Positions 16,580 to 28,735 of a DNA stretch of 64,000 nucleotides are shown here, in pieces. Origin of the DNA: Candidatus Vogelbacteria bacterium. Its GTDB lineage: Bacteria > Patescibacteriota > Minisyncoccia > Phycocordibacterales > XYD1-FULL-46-19. The stretch spans positions 342,958 to 406,957 of the forward strand of contig JAIOOX010000002.1 of assembly GCA_021414225.1 (NCBI GenBank), in the 5' to 3' direction. Each line of letters starts with the position of its first letter. Position 1 is the first letter of the stretch. A program made the translations under genes and the position numbers. Under the pieces are notes generated by a model, which saw only the letters and a program-made list of their open reading frames with translations, did no database searches and had not been told where the DNA came from.

Positions 16580-17854
16580 TTAGTACCCCATCAACCTCTT
16601 CGCCTTATCATGCAACCGAATCTTTTCATGAGCTTTAGCTTCAATCTGACGAATACGTTCACGAGTCACTCCAAATTCTTTACCCACTTCTTCCAGGGTT
16701 CTCATCACTCCATCTTCCAAACCATGACGCATCTCCAAAATCTTCCTTTCTTTCAAAGTTAAGTCACTCAAGATTTCTTCAATCTGATCACGTAAAATTC
16801 GACGTGATACTTCTTGGTCTGGCGGTGGAATTTTATCATCCGCAATAAATTCACCTAATGATGATTTTTCATCGTCGTCGTCAGTCGGCCGATCAAGTGA
16901 AGCGGTACTTTGGTCAATTTTTTCAATGGTGTGAATTTTGTCTACCTCCAAGCCCATCTCTGTGGCTATCTCTTGAGGTAATGGTTCACGACCTAAGTCT
17001 TGCGACAAGCGACGAACTACTTGTTTGTATTTAGCGATCGTTTCTACCATGTGCACTGGAATACGGATCGTCCGTGATTGGTCAGCTAAAGCACGGGTGA
17101 CCGCCTGACGAATCCACCAAGTAGCATAGGTTGAGAATTTATAACCTTTACGCCAGTCGAACTTTTCGACGGCTTTAAAGAGACCCAGGTTTCCCTCTTG
17201 AATCAAGTCAAGTAGTGTTAAGTCAGATGACCGACCAATATATTTTTTAGCAATCGAGACCACTAAACGTAGGTTGGCATTAGCCAAAGCTTTCCGAGCA
17301 TCATCATCTCCTTCCAAAATTTTTCGAGCAATATCTTTTTCCTCCGCTCCGTTTAATAGTTTATGTTTACCAATTTCTTTCAAATACATTTGAACTGAAT
17401 CTAGAGCTGAATCAGATGAGCGACCAGGTTTAGCTTTCGCCAACACTTCTTTATTATCATCAAGCAAACTACCCTCTTCTAAGATATCTACCCCACCATC
17501 CTCTAACTGAACATATAAACTTTCTAAGAAAATAACATCGTACTCAATGGACGGGAATTCTTTCAGAAGTTCCGAGAAGGTAATAAATCCTCGTTGTCGG
17601 CCACGACTAATTAAACTTTTAACCTTTTGGGCTAAAATTTCTGGACTAGATTTTTCACCAGTAACAGTCTTAATTCCCGGCTTGACCATCTTTTTACTTT
17701 TAATCACTACCTTCTTTTTAGGGACTGGTTTCTTGGTCACCACCTTTTTAGCTTTGACTGGTTTTGCTTTAACTGTCTTTTTCACCTTAGCTTTAACCAC
17801 TGGTTTCTTTTTAGGAGCTGGTTTCTTGGTTGTCTTTTTTTTCTTAATTGGCAT
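16580..17854 (-). CDS. rpoD: RNA polymerase sigma factor RpoD with about-60-aa lysine-rich N-terminal tail
   Basis: Regions 1.2-4 conserved ([31 protein letters not shown] at the C-terminus); KKKPxxK repeats at the N-terminus. Confidence 0.9.
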   Translation of the reverse strand: MPIKKKKTTKKPAPKKKPVVKAKVKKTVKAKPVKAKKVVTKKPVPKKKVVIKSKKMVKPGIKTVTGEKSSPEILAQKVKSLISRGRQRGFITFSELLKEFPSIEYDVIFLESLYVQLEDGGVDILEEGSLLDDNKEVLAKAKPGRSSDSALDSVQMYLKEIGKHKLLNGAEEKDIARKILEGDDDARKALANANLRLVVSIAKKYIGRSSDLTLLDLIQEGNLGLFKAVEKFDWRKGYKFSTYATWWIRQAVTRALADQSRTIRIPVHMVETIAKYKQVVRRLSQDLGREPLPQEIATEMGLEVDKIHTIEKIDQSTASLDRPTDDDDEKSSLGEFIADDKIPPPDQEVSRRILRDQIEEILSDLTLKERKILEMRHGLEDGVMRTLEEVGKEFGVTRERIRQIEAKAHEKIRLHDKAKRLMGY

Positions 17855-19610
17855 AGTGTTTTTTATTAGTTAAGTCTCTAATCTGTTGTGAAATATCTTG
17901 GCATTTTTTGATATATTTGTCTACGAGTTCTAGATTTTGATCAACTTCGGCCTGTTTCAAATCTCGAGTCAGATCCGCTAATTTTTTGCGTAATAAGGAC
18001 TCTTCTAGTTGGGTTAATAAATGATCAAATTCTATCAAAACTTCCTTGCCCTCGTATAAAATATCAACTTCCAGTAACAGAGAATCTTTTTTGCCACTTA
18101 GCCTCTGTTCTAAATTAGACAAATATTCACCTTCTTCCATTTGCTCTAATTTATCACGACAATTTTTTACAGCCGTTAATGATTCTGGTTTTTCAGCTAG
18201 CCACCACAAAAGCCCAATCAGTCTTTCCTCTATTTTATCCAAACGACTGGACGGTAAAACTTCTGGTAGTAGATTAATACTTTTAATAATACTTGGAGCG
18301 TCTGGTAATTTGTTGTCGAGTAAAGCGGTCGCTCGAACATCCTGCCAAATAATATCTTCCATTAAACCCAGCATTTCACTAATCTTACTAATAAAATAGG
18401 CTTGATCTATTTTGTGAGCTAAGACTGATACTAGTGGATAAATTTCCTCGCGCATCGCTTTACCTTGAGCTCGAACATCACCAGGAAACTTATTCTTAAT
18501 CACTTCCAAATAAAAATCGATAGCGTGAACCGCTTCGTCTACCGCCTTAGACCAGGCCAACGGATCAGCCAGGGCTAAATCAGCTGGATCTTGACCGTTA
18601 GGTAATTTAGCAATTCTTACCTCAAAACCCAAAGCTAAAGCCAACTGTAGGGCTCGTCTAGAGGCATTGATCCCCGCAGCATCAGCATCAAAAGCCATCA
18701 CCAGTTTAGAAGCAATCCTCTTAATAATGGTTAGGTGCCACTGCGTCAGGGCGGTACCAGAAACAGCCACCGCTTCAACTAGACCAGCTTGATGAGACAT
18801 AACCAAATCCATCTGACCTTCAACCAACACACAGCGGTCTTTAGATCGAATAGCTGTCTTGGCTAGATGATAACCATAAAGAGCTTGAGACTTGTCATAC
18901 AGTGGAGTCTGAGGACTATTAACATACTTAGCCTCTTTATCACGTAACCCTTCCGGATCAAACACTCGACCCGAAAAACCAATTACCACCCCTTCCCTAT
19001 CCATAATTGGAAACATCACTCGTCCGCGAAACCGATCGTAATGTTCAGCCGGGTTCTTAGGACTCGGAATAACCAAACCAGCTTTCTCTAACATATCCTT
19101 ACGAATATTTTGCTCTAAACAAAACTGAGTTAAATTCCGCCAACCATCAGGGGCAAGACCAAGTCTAAATTTTTTAATCGTTTCGTCGGTTAAGCCTCGT
19201 TTTTTAAGATAAGCGGTCACTTCTCTTGATTCAGATAACCGTTTTTCAAAGTAACGAGTAGCCACCTCCAACACCCGACGTAAATATTCTTTTTCACCTT
19301 GGTTGTTATCACGAACTTCACCAGACCGAGATTCTAATTTAACGTTAGCTCTGTTAGCCAAAATCTTTAACGCTTCTGGAAAATCCAAACCTTCAATCTC
19401 TTGAGTGAAGGTAAAAATATCTCCCCCTTTATTACAACCAAAACAATGAAAACTTTGACGACCAGGCGACACAAAAAAACTAGGCGTTTTTTCGTTGTGG
19501 AAAGGACAACGGCCCCGAAAATTGGAACCAGCTTTGTCTAATTTCACGTAACCAGAAACCACGTCTACAATACTTAAACGATCTTTGATTTGTTCGACGG
19601 GTGTTGCCAT
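17844..19610 (-). CDS. dnaG: DNA primase
   Basis: Zinc finger [11 protein letters not shown]; TOPRIM EGQMDLV...DAD; 11-nt overlap with rpoD (MMS operon order). Confidence 0.9.
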   Translation of the reverse strand: MATPVEQIKDRLSIVDVVSGYVKLDKAGSNFRGRCPFHNEKTPSFFVSPGRQSFHCFGCNKGGDIFTFTQEIEGLDFPEALKILANRANVKLESRSGEVRDNNQGEKEYLRRVLEVATRYFEKRLSESREVTAYLKKRGLTDETIKKFRLGLAPDGWRNLTQFCLEQNIRKDMLEKAGLVIPSPKNPAEHYDRFRGRVMFPIMDREGVVIGFSGRVFDPEGLRDKEAKYVNSPQTPLYDKSQALYGYHLAKTAIRSKDRCVLVEGQMDLVMSHQAGLVEAVAVSGTALTQWHLTIIKRIASKLVMAFDADAAGINASRRALQLALALGFEVRIAKLPNGQDPADLALADPLAWSKAVDEAVHAIDFYLEVIKNKFPGDVRAQGKAMREEIYPLVSVLAHKIDQAYFISKISEMLGLMEDIIWQDVRATALLDNKLPDAPSIIKSINLLPEVLPSSRLDKIEERLIGLLWWLAEKPESLTAVKNCRDKLEQMEEGEYLSNLEQRLSGKKDSLLLEVDILYEGKEVLIEFDHLLTQLEESLLRKKLADLTRDLKQAEVDQNLELVDKYIKKCQDISQQIRDLTNKKHYAN

Positions 19611-19685
19611 AGTAAATAGATTATAAGCTTGACCTATCGTTCAACCGACAGACCAAAACTCATGCTACTAATTTACAAACTAAAA

Positions 19686-22600
19686 CTAGTTGCTTTCGGC
19701 AATGGCGGTATCACTATAACCAGGAATCAAACCAGTACCAGCTGGAATCAACCGGCCAATAATAACATTCTCCTTCAAACCACGCAGTTTGTCTTCACCA
19801 CCCTTAACAGCAGTATCGATAAGTACTCGAGTTGAGTGCTGGAAGGAAACAGCAGATAAGAAACTTGAGGTAGACAAAGCTACTTCAGAAATACCCAACA
19901 AGACAGGATCGCCCTTTGATTCCTCAGTTCCCTTCTCTGCTACTCGTTTGTTTTCCTCAACCATTTCTACCCACTCCACAATTTCACCAACAGTGAAGGT
20001 TGTACTACCAGGTGTCTTAATCTTACGACGGAAGAACATTTGACGAATAATCAACTCAATGTGTTTACGAGCAATCGATACACCTTGTAATTCGTAAATA
20101 GAGTTAATTTCCTTGATGATATAATCTTCAGTTTTTTCTTGACCAGCCAACTTATGAAGATCTACCAAATCTACTGAACCATCAGTGATTATTTGACCTC
20201 GACTAACTCGTTCACCTTTTTTCACTAAGATATTTCTAAAGGCTGGCACAGCGTAGTCAATCGATCCACCCGCTTTAGCTCCTTTCTTTTTACTCTCAAT
20301 ATCAACCAAAATAGTGATAGTGTGGCCTTTGGCATCACTTTTAACATCCAATACTTCGCCATCAATTTCACAAACAATGGCTGGGTTTTTTGGACTGCGT
20401 CGTTCGAAAATTTCTGTAACTCGAGGCAAACCACCGACGATGTCACCCGCTCCTGAACCGACACCTCCCGCGTGCTTCGTACGCATAGTCAACTGAGTAC
20501 CAGGTTCACCGATCGCTTGAGCCGCTACAATACCAACCGGCTCACCAAGTTTAACCATACCACCACGACCCGGATCCTCACCATAACAAGCTCGACAAAC
20601 ACCCTTCACTGATTTACAGGTCAATGGAGTTCGAACGTGAATATCGGTCAAACCCAATTCTTCAATCTGACGAGCGTCCGCTCGAGTAATCATGTGACCC
20701 TTATCAAACAAAACTTTACCATCAGCATCTTTAATTCCTTTCAATAGAATACGGCCTCGAACTGAATTGCCGATACCATTATCGAAACCAAGAATGTGCT
20801 CTTTCGTCATCACCTTACCTTGAGTATCTTCACAATCTTCTTCATTGGTTACCATATCTTGAGCTACGTCCACCAACTTACGAGTTAGATAACCAGCTTG
20901 AGCGGTGTTCAAAGCCGTGTCCGCCAAACCTTTACGAGAACCGTGAGTAGTAATGAAATATTCTAGTGGAGATAGACCTTCTTTGTATGAAGGAATGATA
21001 GGAAATTCAATTTGACGACCAGCTGGGTTAACAATCAAACCTTTCATACCAACCATCTGAGTCACCTGACTAGTCGAACCGCGGGCCCCAGAGACCAACA
21101 TATCAGTCACTGAACCACCTTTTGGTAAACTAGCTGGAATAATTTTTTCAATTCGACTCTTAGCTCTAGTCCAGATTTCGATCAACATACGATAACGTTC
21201 ACCTTCAGACAATAAACCTTCGCTAAATTCAGTTTCAATTCGAACTGCCTCCTTACGAGCCTCGGTAATGATATCTTTTTTACCTTCCGGTACTTCAACG
21301 TCATCAATACCCCAGGTAATACCTGACTTAGTCGCATATTTGAAACCAAAAGATTTAACGTTATCAAGAATGTCTGGCACTCGATCAACTCCATAAATAT
21401 TGATCATATCCTCCACCAAACGACCAATCTCTTTGTTGGTCACTTCTTTGTTGATAAAAGGAAAATCACTTGGCAAGTTGATGTTGAACAAAATACGTCC
21501 AACGGTTGTCTCAATAATAGTACCGGAAGCTTCTTTGTATTTTTCTGGTTTACCTGCCTTCACTTTAATTTGAGCCTGCAAGTCAACATAACCAAAATCG
21601 TAAGCCATGATCGCCGAGTTTGGACTAGAAAAGATCTTACCTTCCCCTTTAGCGCCAGCGATTATTTTAGTCATCCAATATACACCCAACACAATATCCA
21701 TACGCATGTTCACAATTGGATCTCCCGAACCTGGTTTCATTAAGTTTTTACGAGAAGCAATCAACTCGCGAGCTTCTTTTTGAGCCGCTGCTGATAGTGG
21801 TACGTGGACAGCCATTTGGTCACCATCGAAGTCAGCGTTGAAAGCAGTACATACTAACGGGTGAACTTGAATCGCGTTACCTTCGATCAATAACGGTTGA
21901 AAAGCCTGAATACCAAGACGGTGTAGAGTTGGTGCGCGGTTCAAAAGAACATGTTTATCTTTAATCACATCTTCCAAAATAGCCCATACCTCAGGAATAC
22001 CTTCATCAATTAAGCGTCCAGCGCCACGGATATTGAAAGCTAATTCTTGTTCCAAAATCTTAGCAATCACAAATGGTCGGAATAATTCCAAAGCCATATG
22101 TTTAGGCAAACCACATTGAGATAATTTTAAGTGCGGACCAACAACAATCACTGAACGGCCAGAATAGTCTACTCGCTTACCAAGTAAGTTTTGACGGAAG
22201 CGTCCTTGTTTACCACGAAGAGAGTCGGCTAGAGATTTAAGTGGACGACGTTGAGCTTGGTTCATAACACTATCGTTACCACTTTGGCGAATAGAGTTAT
22301 CAATCAAAGCATCAACTGCTTCTTGTAAAATACGCTTTTCGTTACGCAAGATAACATCCGGAGCATTCAAGTCTACTAGTTTTCGCAATCGATTATTACG
22401 ATTGATCACTCGACGATAAAGATCGTTCACATCTGAAGTAGCGTGACGACCACCATCAAGAGCCACCATTGGACGAAGAGCTGGAGGGATAACTGGTACA
22501 TATTTCATAAACATCCACTCTGGACGAACTCGAGAACGCTTAAGTGATTTAACTAAGTTGTGTCGTCGTTGTAAGCGTTGTTTTTCAACCGAACTAGCTT

Positions 22601-23333
22601 TCTCCATCAAAGTTTCCAGGTCAACCAACATTCCATCGAGATCAATCGAGGAGAAAATCTGGCAGATAGCTTCAGCTCCGATACCAGCCTCGAAGGCAGT
22701 ACCGAATTTCAACGACAAGCGGTGATAAGACATTTCATCAATCACTCGCCATTTGGTAATAGATTCCAGTTGGCGTTTTGCTTCTAGTAAAGATTCTTTA
22801 AGTTTATCTTTATCCTCTTCAGTTTCTAGATTTTTAATTTTAGATTTAAATTCTTCATCTAGTTTTTTGAGAATACTATTTTTTTCGTCTTCGTGAACAG
22901 CGGTCACAATATAGCCAGCAAAATAAATAACTTTCTCCAAGTCAGAAATAGACAAGTCTAACAAAGTTCCCATTCGTGATGGAATATTACGTAAGAACCA
23001 AATATGAGCTACTGGACTAGCTAACTCAATGTGACCCATGCGTTCACGACGAACAATAGATCGAGTAACTTCCACTCCACACTTCTCACAAACAATATCT
23101 TTGTAACGAATGCGCTTGTACTTACCACAGTAACATTCAAAATCTTTTTCTGGTCCGAAAATTCGTTCATCAAACAAACCGCCACGCTCTGAGCGGCCAC
23201 TGCGGTAGTTGATAGTTTCTGGCTTTGTTACTTCGCCATAAGACCATTCCAAGATTCGCTCTGGTGAAGCCAGACGAAGTGAGATGGTATTGAAGTCAGC
23301 AATTGGTGCTTGTTTTTTAGGTATGATATTCAT
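19686..23333 (-). CDS. rpoC: DNA-directed RNA polymerase subunit beta' (the longest ORF extends to 23372 and would overlap rpoB; ATG 23333 preferred)
   Basis: NADFDGD catalytic motif, zinc-binding CxxC clusters, 1215-1228 aa. Confidence 0.9.
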   Translation of the reverse strand: MNIIPKKQAPIADFNTISLRLASPERILEWSYGEVTKPETINYRSGRSERGGLFDERIFGPEKDFECYCGKYKRIRYKDIVCEKCGVEVTRSIVRRERMGHIELASPVAHIWFLRNIPSRMGTLLDLSISDLEKVIYFAGYIVTAVHEDEKNSILKKLDEEFKSKIKNLETEEDKDKLKESLLEAKRQLESITKWRVIDEMSYHRLSLKFGTAFEAGIGAEAICQIFSSIDLDGMLVDLETLMEKASSVEKQRLQRRHNLVKSLKRSRVRPEWMFMKYVPVIPPALRPMVALDGGRHATSDVNDLYRRVINRNNRLRKLVDLNAPDVILRNEKRILQEAVDALIDNSIRQSGNDSVMNQAQRRPLKSLADSLRGKQGRFRQNLLGKRVDYSGRSVIVVGPHLKLSQCGLPKHMALELFRPFVIAKILEQELAFNIRGAGRLIDEGIPEVWAILEDVIKDKHVLLNRAPTLHRLGIQAFQPLLIEGNAIQVHPLVCTAFNADFDGDQMAVHVPLSAAAQKEARELIASRKNLMKPGSGDPIVNMRMDIVLGVYWMTKIIAGAKGEGKIFSSPNSAIMAYDFGYVDLQAQIKVKAGKPEKYKEASGTIIETTVGRILFNINLPSDFPFINKEVTNKEIGRLVEDMINIYGVDRVPDILDNVKSFGFKYATKSGITWGIDDVEVPEGKKDIITEARKEAVRIETEFSEGLLSEGERYRMLIEIWTRAKSRIEKIIPASLPKGGSVTDMLVSGARGSTSQVTQMVGMKGLIVNPAGRQIEFPIIPSYKEGLSPLEYFITTHGSRKGLADTALNTAQAGYLTRKLVDVAQDMVTNEEDCEDTQGKVMTKEHILGFDNGIGNSVRGRILLKGIKDADGKVLFDKGHMITRADARQIEELGLTDIHVRTPLTCKSVKGVCRACYGEDPGRGGMVKLGEPVGIVAAQAIGEPGTQLTMRTKHAGGVGSGAGDIVGGLPRVTEIFERRSPKNPAIVCEIDGEVLDVKSDAKGHTITILVDIESKKKGAKAGGSIDYAVPAFRNILVKKGERVSRGQIITDGSVDLVDLHKLAGQEKTEDYIIKEINSIYELQGVSIARKHIELIIRQMFFRRKIKTPGSTTFTVGEIVEWVEMVEENKRVAEKGTEESKGDPVLLGISEVALSTSSFLSAVSFQHSTRVLIDTAVKGGEDKLRGLKENVIIGRLIPAGTGLIPGYSDTAIAESN

Positions 23334-23346
23334 GATCGTTATTTGA

Positions 23347-26300
23347 TTAGTCTTCTTTCTTAAGTTCGACATCTAATGACAGACCACGCAATTCATTAAG
23401 CATCACGTTGAACGAAGCTGGAATATTTGGATGCTTGATGTGCTCGCCTTTCACTAACGAATCAAACGCTTGCGAACGACCGACAATATCGTCCGATTTA
23501 ATAGTTAACATTTCACGCAAAGTGTAGGCCGCACCATAACCTTCGAGAGCCCAGACTTCCATTTCTCCAAAACGCTGACCTCCTCCTTGGGAACGACCAC
23601 CGAGTGGTTGTTGAGTAATAAGTGAGTACGGTCCAATTGAACGCATGTGAATCTTGTCTTCTACCATGTGGGCCAACTTCAAGATATACATGTAGCCAAT
23701 CGCGACTGGTTGTTCAAACTTATCTCCAGTCTGGCCATCAAACAAATTAACCTTACCATCTGACGGGAAACCAGCAGTCACCAACTCTTGTTTAATTTCG
23801 TCAGCACCAACACCCATAAACGTTGGAGTGATCGCTTGATAGTTCAACGTGTGAGCCGCTAAACCAAGGTGCATTTCAAAAATTTGACCTAGGTTCATAC
23901 GAGACGGCACGCCCAACGGTGTCAAAATAACATCCACCGGTGTACCATCTGCCATGTATGGCATATCTTCTTCTGGTAACACTTTTGAAATAACACCCTT
24001 GTTACCGTGACGACCAGCCAACTTGTCACCTACTGACACGTTACGCAATTGAGCTACTTGAATATAAATTCTCTTAATAATACCTGATTCTAATTTATCT
24101 CCATGATCGCGAGAGAAAACTTTCACGCCAATTACTCGGCCTTTCTTACCGTGTGGTACACGAAGTGATGAATCTTTAACATCACGTGCTTTCTCACCGA
24201 AAATAGATCGTAACAATCTTTCTTCTGGAGTTAATTCTGTTTCACCTTTCGGGGTAATCTTACCCACCAAAATATCGTTTGGACTAACTTCAGCACCAAT
24301 TCTAACAATACCGTCAACATCCAAGTTTCGCAGTTTGGTCTCACCAACATTTGGAATATCATGAGTTGTTACTTCTGGTCCTAGTTTAGTGTCGCGGACA
24401 TTACATTCAAACTCTTCAATATAGATACTAGAAAACTTACTGTTCTTAACCAGTCGTTCTGACAAAATAATCGCATCTTCATAGTTAGCTCCGTGCCATG
24501 ACATGAAAGCGACGAGTGCATTTTGACCAACCGCTGCTTGACCCTCAACAGTTGAAGAAGCATCGGCCAACAAATCACCTTTCTTCACTTTATCACCAGG
24601 ATTAACCACTGGTCGTTGGTGGAAACAAGTGTTGTCGTTAGTTTTAGAGAAAGAAATAAGAGAATAATTATCTTCTTTTCCAGCGTCGGTCTTGATCACA
24701 ATTTTAGACCCATCAACTTGAGTGATTGTTCCGGCAGTTCGAGCCAAAATCAAACGACCAGAGTCCATCGCAATTTTACCTTCGATGCCTGTCGCTACTA
24801 GTGGTGCTTCTGGCACAATACAAGGCACCGCCTGTTTCTGCATGTTCGAACCCATCAACGCACGGTTAGCATCATCGTGTTCCAAAAATGGAATCATAGA
24901 AGTCGCTACTGAGTAAGCCTGGTTAGGAGCTACGTCAATGAAAGAGATGTCATTTTTTGGCACCAAACCTGGTTTGCCGGCAGTTCTAGCTTCAATCAAA
25001 TCTTCCACCAAATTGTGGTTACTGTCATAAGCAACTCCAGCGTGAGCGATATGATATTTTTCTTCTTCGAGGGCGTTCATGTACACCAACTCGGAAGTAA
25101 TTTTACCTTTTACTACTTTGCGATATGGCGCTTCGATAATACCAAACTCATTAATTCTCGCGTAACTAGATAGACGTAAAATCAAACCAATGTTTGGTCC
25201 TTCTGGTGTGTGAATTGGACAAACACGGGCATAGTGAGAAGTGTGTACATCACGCACTTCTAGACCAGCTCGTTCGCGAGTTAGACCACCAGGTCCGAGA
25301 GCAGACAAAGTTCGCAAGTGTTCCACCTCTTGGAGAATGTTCTCCTGAGACATAAATTGGGACAATTGGTTGGTTGTAAAAAATTCTTTAATACGAGCTT
25401 GTAGTGGACGCGGACTGATCAATTGAATCGGCAACATTGTTACTGAATCAACCGTCGACATTCGATCTTGAATGTTGCGCTTCATCTGAGTCATACCCAC
25501 TTTCAATTTTTGTTGTAACATTTCACCCACACAACGCACACGACGGAAACCTAAGTGGTCAATATCATCCTCTTTAGCTCCTTTGGTGGTATTAAGGTTG
25601 ATGATATTAACAATAATAGTGACCAAGTCGTCAAAACTCACCAAGCGATTCTCACGAGCCTTGGCATCCAAAGAGCCTCCAAATCGTTCATTAAAACGAA
25701 GGCGGCCGACAACGGAAAAGTCATATTTTTCTTTACCAAACAAACCAGACACAAACTCACGAGAGTTGGCCGCTGTTGCCAAGTCTGAGTCACGAAGACG
25801 TTTATAAATTTCAAGATAAGCCTCATCAGCGGTTTTGGCTTGGTCCTTAGCCAAAGTTTGCTTGATGTACATAGTTGATACTCCCTTCTTTTCAAAAATA
25901 TCTAAGATTTGCTCATCAGTTAGTTGTTTACCAGCCAAATCGGCAAATACCCTCAATAAAGCAGAGGCTGGGAATTTTCGCTTACGGTCAATGCGAACAT
26001 ACAGAGCGCCATCTACTTCAGTTTCGATTTCCACCCATACCCCACGAGCTGGAATAATCTTAGCGCCGAAGTGTTTGATCCCTCGAATATCGTTAGCAGT
26101 GAAGAAAACGCCGAAACTACGAGCTAGTTGTGGCACAATAACACGCTCAATACCACTAATAATAAAAGTACCGTGAGCAGTCATCAATGGAAAATCAGAC
26201 AAGAAAATTTCTTGTTCTTTTTCCTGATTGAGAGTCTTGTTGTTTAATTTAACTCGAACTCGCAAAGGAGCATCATAGGATAGTTTATTTTCCTTAGCAT

Positions 26301-26571
26301 AGTGCTCATCATATTTAGGCTCGTCTAGTTGAAAACCAAGAAATTCTAATTCAAATTTCTTTTCTGAATAATCTCTGATCGGCGAAAACTCTTTAAACAA
26401 ATCTTTGATTCCTTCTTTGATCAACCAATTATAAGAATTGGTTTGCAACTCCACTAAATCCGGAATTTCAGCGAACGGCTCTTTATAGCGAGCAAAACGT
26501 TTTTGGGTGATAGCCATGGGTATTGATGACTTATCGATTATTAAAAATCTCGGCTGGGGACCATCCAACAC
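23347..26571 (-). CDS. rpoB: DNA-directed RNA polymerase subunit beta (GTG start at 26571, or ATG at 26517)
   Basis: Conserved rpoB blocks (GEMLQQKL..., NMQRQAVP-like, C-terminal LGGQRFGEME). Confidence 0.9.
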   Translation of the reverse strand: MLDGPQPRFLIIDKSSIPMAITQKRFARYKEPFAEIPDLVELQTNSYNWLIKEGIKDLFKEFSPIRDYSEKKFELEFLGFQLDEPKYDEHYAKENKLSYDAPLRVRVKLNNKTLNQEKEQEIFLSDFPLMTAHGTFIISGIERVIVPQLARSFGVFFTANDIRGIKHFGAKIIPARGVWVEIETEVDGALYVRIDRKRKFPASALLRVFADLAGKQLTDEQILDIFEKKGVSTMYIKQTLAKDQAKTADEAYLEIYKRLRDSDLATAANSREFVSGLFGKEKYDFSVVGRLRFNERFGGSLDAKARENRLVSFDDLVTIIVNIINLNTTKGAKEDDIDHLGFRRVRCVGEMLQQKLKVGMTQMKRNIQDRMSTVDSVTMLPIQLISPRPLQARIKEFFTTNQLSQFMSQENILQEVEHLRTLSALGPGGLTRERAGLEVRDVHTSHYARVCPIHTPEGPNIGLILRLSSYARINEFGIIEAPYRKVVKGKITSELVYMNALEEEKYHIAHAGVAYDSNHNLVEDLIEARTAGKPGLVPKNDISFIDVAPNQAYSVATSMIPFLEHDDANRALMGSNMQKQAVPCIVPEAPLVATGIEGKIAMDSGRLILARTAGTITQVDGSKIVIKTDAGKEDNYSLISFSKTNDNTCFHQRPVVNPGDKVKKGDLLADASSTVEGQAAVGQNALVAFMSWHGANYEDAIILSERLVKNSKFSSIYIEEFECNVRDTKLGPEVTTHDIPNVGETKLRNLDVDGIVRIGAEVSPNDILVGKITPKGETELTPEERLLRSIFGEKARDVKDSSLRVPHGKKGRVIGVKVFSRDHGDKLESGIIKRIYIQVAQLRNVSVGDKLAGRHGNKGVISKVLPEEDMPYMADGTPVDVILTPLGVPSRMNLGQIFEMHLGLAAHTLNYQAITPTFMGVGADEIKQELVTAGFPSDGKVNLFDGQTGDKFEQPVAIGYMYILKLAHMVEDKIHMRSIGPYSLITQQPLGGRSQGGGQRFGEMEVWALEGYGAAYTLREMLTIKSDDIVGRSQAFDSLVKGEHIKHPNIPASFNVMLNELRGLSLDVELKKED

Positions 26572-26713
26572 GAGAAAACCCCGCGTCCACTATTGGATCG
26601 TGAGGATCTTAAAACCAAACTAAAACTAGGGCCTGGACAATCAATCGTAACTCAATCAGGCTGTATGTCGCTAAGTACTATAATCCAAGATCTAAACCCT
26701 GTCAAATAATTAA

Positions 26714-26740
26714 AGCGCCCATAAAGAGCGCTTTAAACGA
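26714..26740. terminator. Bidirectional hairpin aaagcgc ccataaag agcgcttt
   Basis: Perfect 7-bp stem flanked by A/T runs. Confidence 0.5.
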
Positions 26741-26762
26741 TAACTTGGCCCAAAGGGTAGAA

Positions 26763-26912
26763 TCAGTCTTTCTTGTCCTCCGGCTTCAGCAAGCCTTGGC
26801 CCGGATAACCGAGATTGCCCCGACCCGTCAAAATCGAGACTGTCTGGGGTGGTGCTGGATCAGGACGCACCCAACCATTATTAAGTCTTCGGCCAAACGG
26901 ATCCATATACAT
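26763..26912 (-). CDS. Small GC-rich Gly/Pro-rich ORF (49 aa) with strong RBS
   Basis: GGAGGT 8 nt before the ATG; MYMDPFGRRLNNGWVRPDPAPPQ...; local GC is much higher than the flanks; not in the ORF track (below 60 aa). Confidence 0.3.
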   Translation of the reverse strand: MYMDPFGRRLNNGWVRPDPAPPQTVSILTGRGNLGYPGQGLLKPEDKKD

Positions 26913-27012
26913 GATCAAATACCTCCAAAAACTCAAAACCCTATTGTTTTGAGAATACTAATTCGATTATAAGATCATGGAACTAAAAAAACAATGCCCT
27001 GTGTAGTTGGTT

Positions 27013-27687
27013 TTAGACTGTCTTTTTAATGGTTTTGGTGGTTTTGGCTATTTGAGCCACTTTCCACTCTTCTATTTTTTTATGATCGCCCGACAAAAGG
27101 ATTGGTGGAACTTTGTATTTTTTACCTTTATAAGCCACTATTTCTGGTCTAGTATAGATTTCAGTCCCAGCTGGGCGCCCTTCTTCGAGTGATTCCTCTT
27201 TCCCCAACACGCCTTTGATTTGACGAGCTACCGCATCTACCACAATCATGGCCGGTAGTTCCCCACCAGTTAGAATATACGGACCAATAGATAATTCTTC
27301 CGCTTTAAATATTTTTTTAATTCGAGCATCAATCCCCTCGTATCGTCCAGCCACCAAGACAATATGATCAAATTTTTGAGCATAAGTTTTAGCTAACGGA
27401 TTCGTGAAAGATTTTCCTCCTGGAGCGAACAAAACGACTTTCACCTTCTTTTTGTTTTTAATTATTTTATCAATGGCTTTAATTAGTGGTTCTGGTTTGA
27501 AAACCATCCCTGGTCCCCCGCCATATGGTTTGAAATCAACGTGTTGATGTTTATCGACAGTAAAATCGCGCAGATTATAAATCTTGACCGCAATTTTTTT
27601 ACCCTTCACAGCCCGAGCGATCATCGACTCGCCCAGGTAGCCGGTAAACATCTCCGGGAAAATTGTAACGATATGAAATGTAACCAT
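27013..27687 (-). CDS. trmD: tRNA (guanine37-N1)-methyltransferase
   Basis: MVTFHIVTIFPEMF N-terminus, SPOUT knot motifs; the start is taken at the internal ATG 27687 rather than the ORF-track start. Confidence 0.85.
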   Translation of the reverse strand: MVTFHIVTIFPEMFTGYLGESMIARAVKGKKIAVKIYNLRDFTVDKHQHVDFKPYGGGPGMVFKPEPLIKAIDKIIKNKKKVKVVLFAPGGKSFTNPLAKTYAQKFDHIVLVAGRYEGIDARIKKIFKAEELSIGPYILTGGELPAMIVVDAVARQIKGVLGKEESLEEGRPAGTEIYTRPEIVAYKGKKYKVPPILLSGDHKKIEEWKVAQIAKTTKTIKKTV

Positions 27688-27791
27688 TGGCCAAATCCTA
27701 GCATTAAAAAACTTAAAAAGAAATCGCCGCCAGAAAATTCTAGCGGCGACAGGTTTCAAAAAAGTTAAAAGATGGAATTCACCTCACATAT

Positions 27792-28523
27792 TCACTCTAC
27801 CACTTCACGACCACGACAAAGATGACCATAGTCCCGAGCACCCCACAGCTCTATCAGTAAACTGCTTTGGGAAGTCTTCTTTTTCTCACACCATTCAGCT
27901 GAATAGAACATGGAGTAGTCACTGTCCTCTCTGTGGTCTCTGTGGTATGAACCTGAACAAAGTGTTTTGGTTTTAACATCGAGATGTTGCCCTGTCTCCG
28001 AAAAATATACTAGTTCGTAGACAAGACGCTCCCGCAAAGTCATTCCGTTAACACCTCTTTCTTTTAATTCTTTAATTGGAAGACCTGCCAACAAGGGGTC
28101 AGCTTCGATACTATCACGAACCCAAACTCCATAAGTTTCCTCCGCTGTACGATTATTCTTCGCCACCGGCGGAAGCGGGCGTTCATTATCGGCGCTAATG
28201 ATAGTGACGCTGAACATTTGTCGCAATATCACGATGAGATTTTCTTCCAACAGGCCTCCTGGCAACACGAGAAGCCGCTCGAAACCCGACTTCCTTTCTG
28301 GAACAATCACAGAAGAAGGTTTAATCTTCACTCCAAAATCAGCATACACCGAACAAACCCGGTTGAGCTGAGAATCAGTATCCATTGGGTAGACCCATGG
28401 ATCTTCCCGCCTGAGAAACCGCCTGGCTTGTAATGGGGTGATAGCCGCAGTATTCAACTTGTTCATGAAATCAAGACCGAGGCCGAAGAGGTTCGCTCTT
28501 GGGCTGCCGAGCATGTTTGACAT
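27792..28523 (-). CDS. Hypothetical protein (243 aa), GC-rich insert between the KH gene and trmD where rimM is normally found
   Basis: No recognisable motif; compositionally distinct from the neighbours. Confidence 0.45.
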   Translation of the reverse strand: MSNMLGSPRANLFGLGLDFMNKLNTAAITPLQARRFLRREDPWVYPMDTDSQLNRVCSVYADFGVKIKPSSVIVPERKSGFERLLVLPGGLLEENLIVILRQMFSVTIISADNERPLPPVAKNNRTAEETYGVWVRDSIEADPLLAGLPIKELKERGVNGMTLRERLVYELVYFSETGQHLDVKTKTLCSGSYHRDHREDSDYSMFYSAEWCEKKKTSQSSLLIELWGARDYGHLCRGREVVE

Positions 28524-28682
28524 GGTCAGCCTTCCTTTCTTTTATCTTTTCGAGGTGCCACAGCAGTAGATTAGCGAAATGCCAAGTACCCTGTTCTAAT
28601 TATTATTATAGCATATAACCAGTAAAAATGCAAGGCCAAGCACTCACAAGCCAAGTGAGCCTAATTGTTTTGCAAATCAACA

Positions 28683-28716
28683 AAAAAACACCCTTATGTA
28701 AGGTGTTTTTTTGAAA
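28683..28716. terminator. Bidirectional hairpin acacc ttatgtaa ggtgt flanked by A7 and T7
   Basis: Seen in sequence. Confidence 0.55.
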
Positions 28717-28735
28717 CTGAGTTCCAGTAGAGCGA

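Noticed and set aside
20225-26176. Numerous 60-113-aa ORFs inside rpoB/rpoC on both strands
   Set aside because: They are nested in strongly conserved rpoB/rpoC reading frames.
26745-26972. ORF 26745..26972 (+)
   Set aside because: No RBS. The opposite strand carries a GGAGGT-ATG small ORF, and the GC island explains the open frame.
27688-27759. Long N-terminal extensions of trmD, rpsP, rpmE, smc and the transketolase N-subunit in the ORF track
   Set aside because: Conserved protein N-termini begin at internal start codons. The extensions are hydrophobic/low-complexity readthrough of upstream intergenic DNA.
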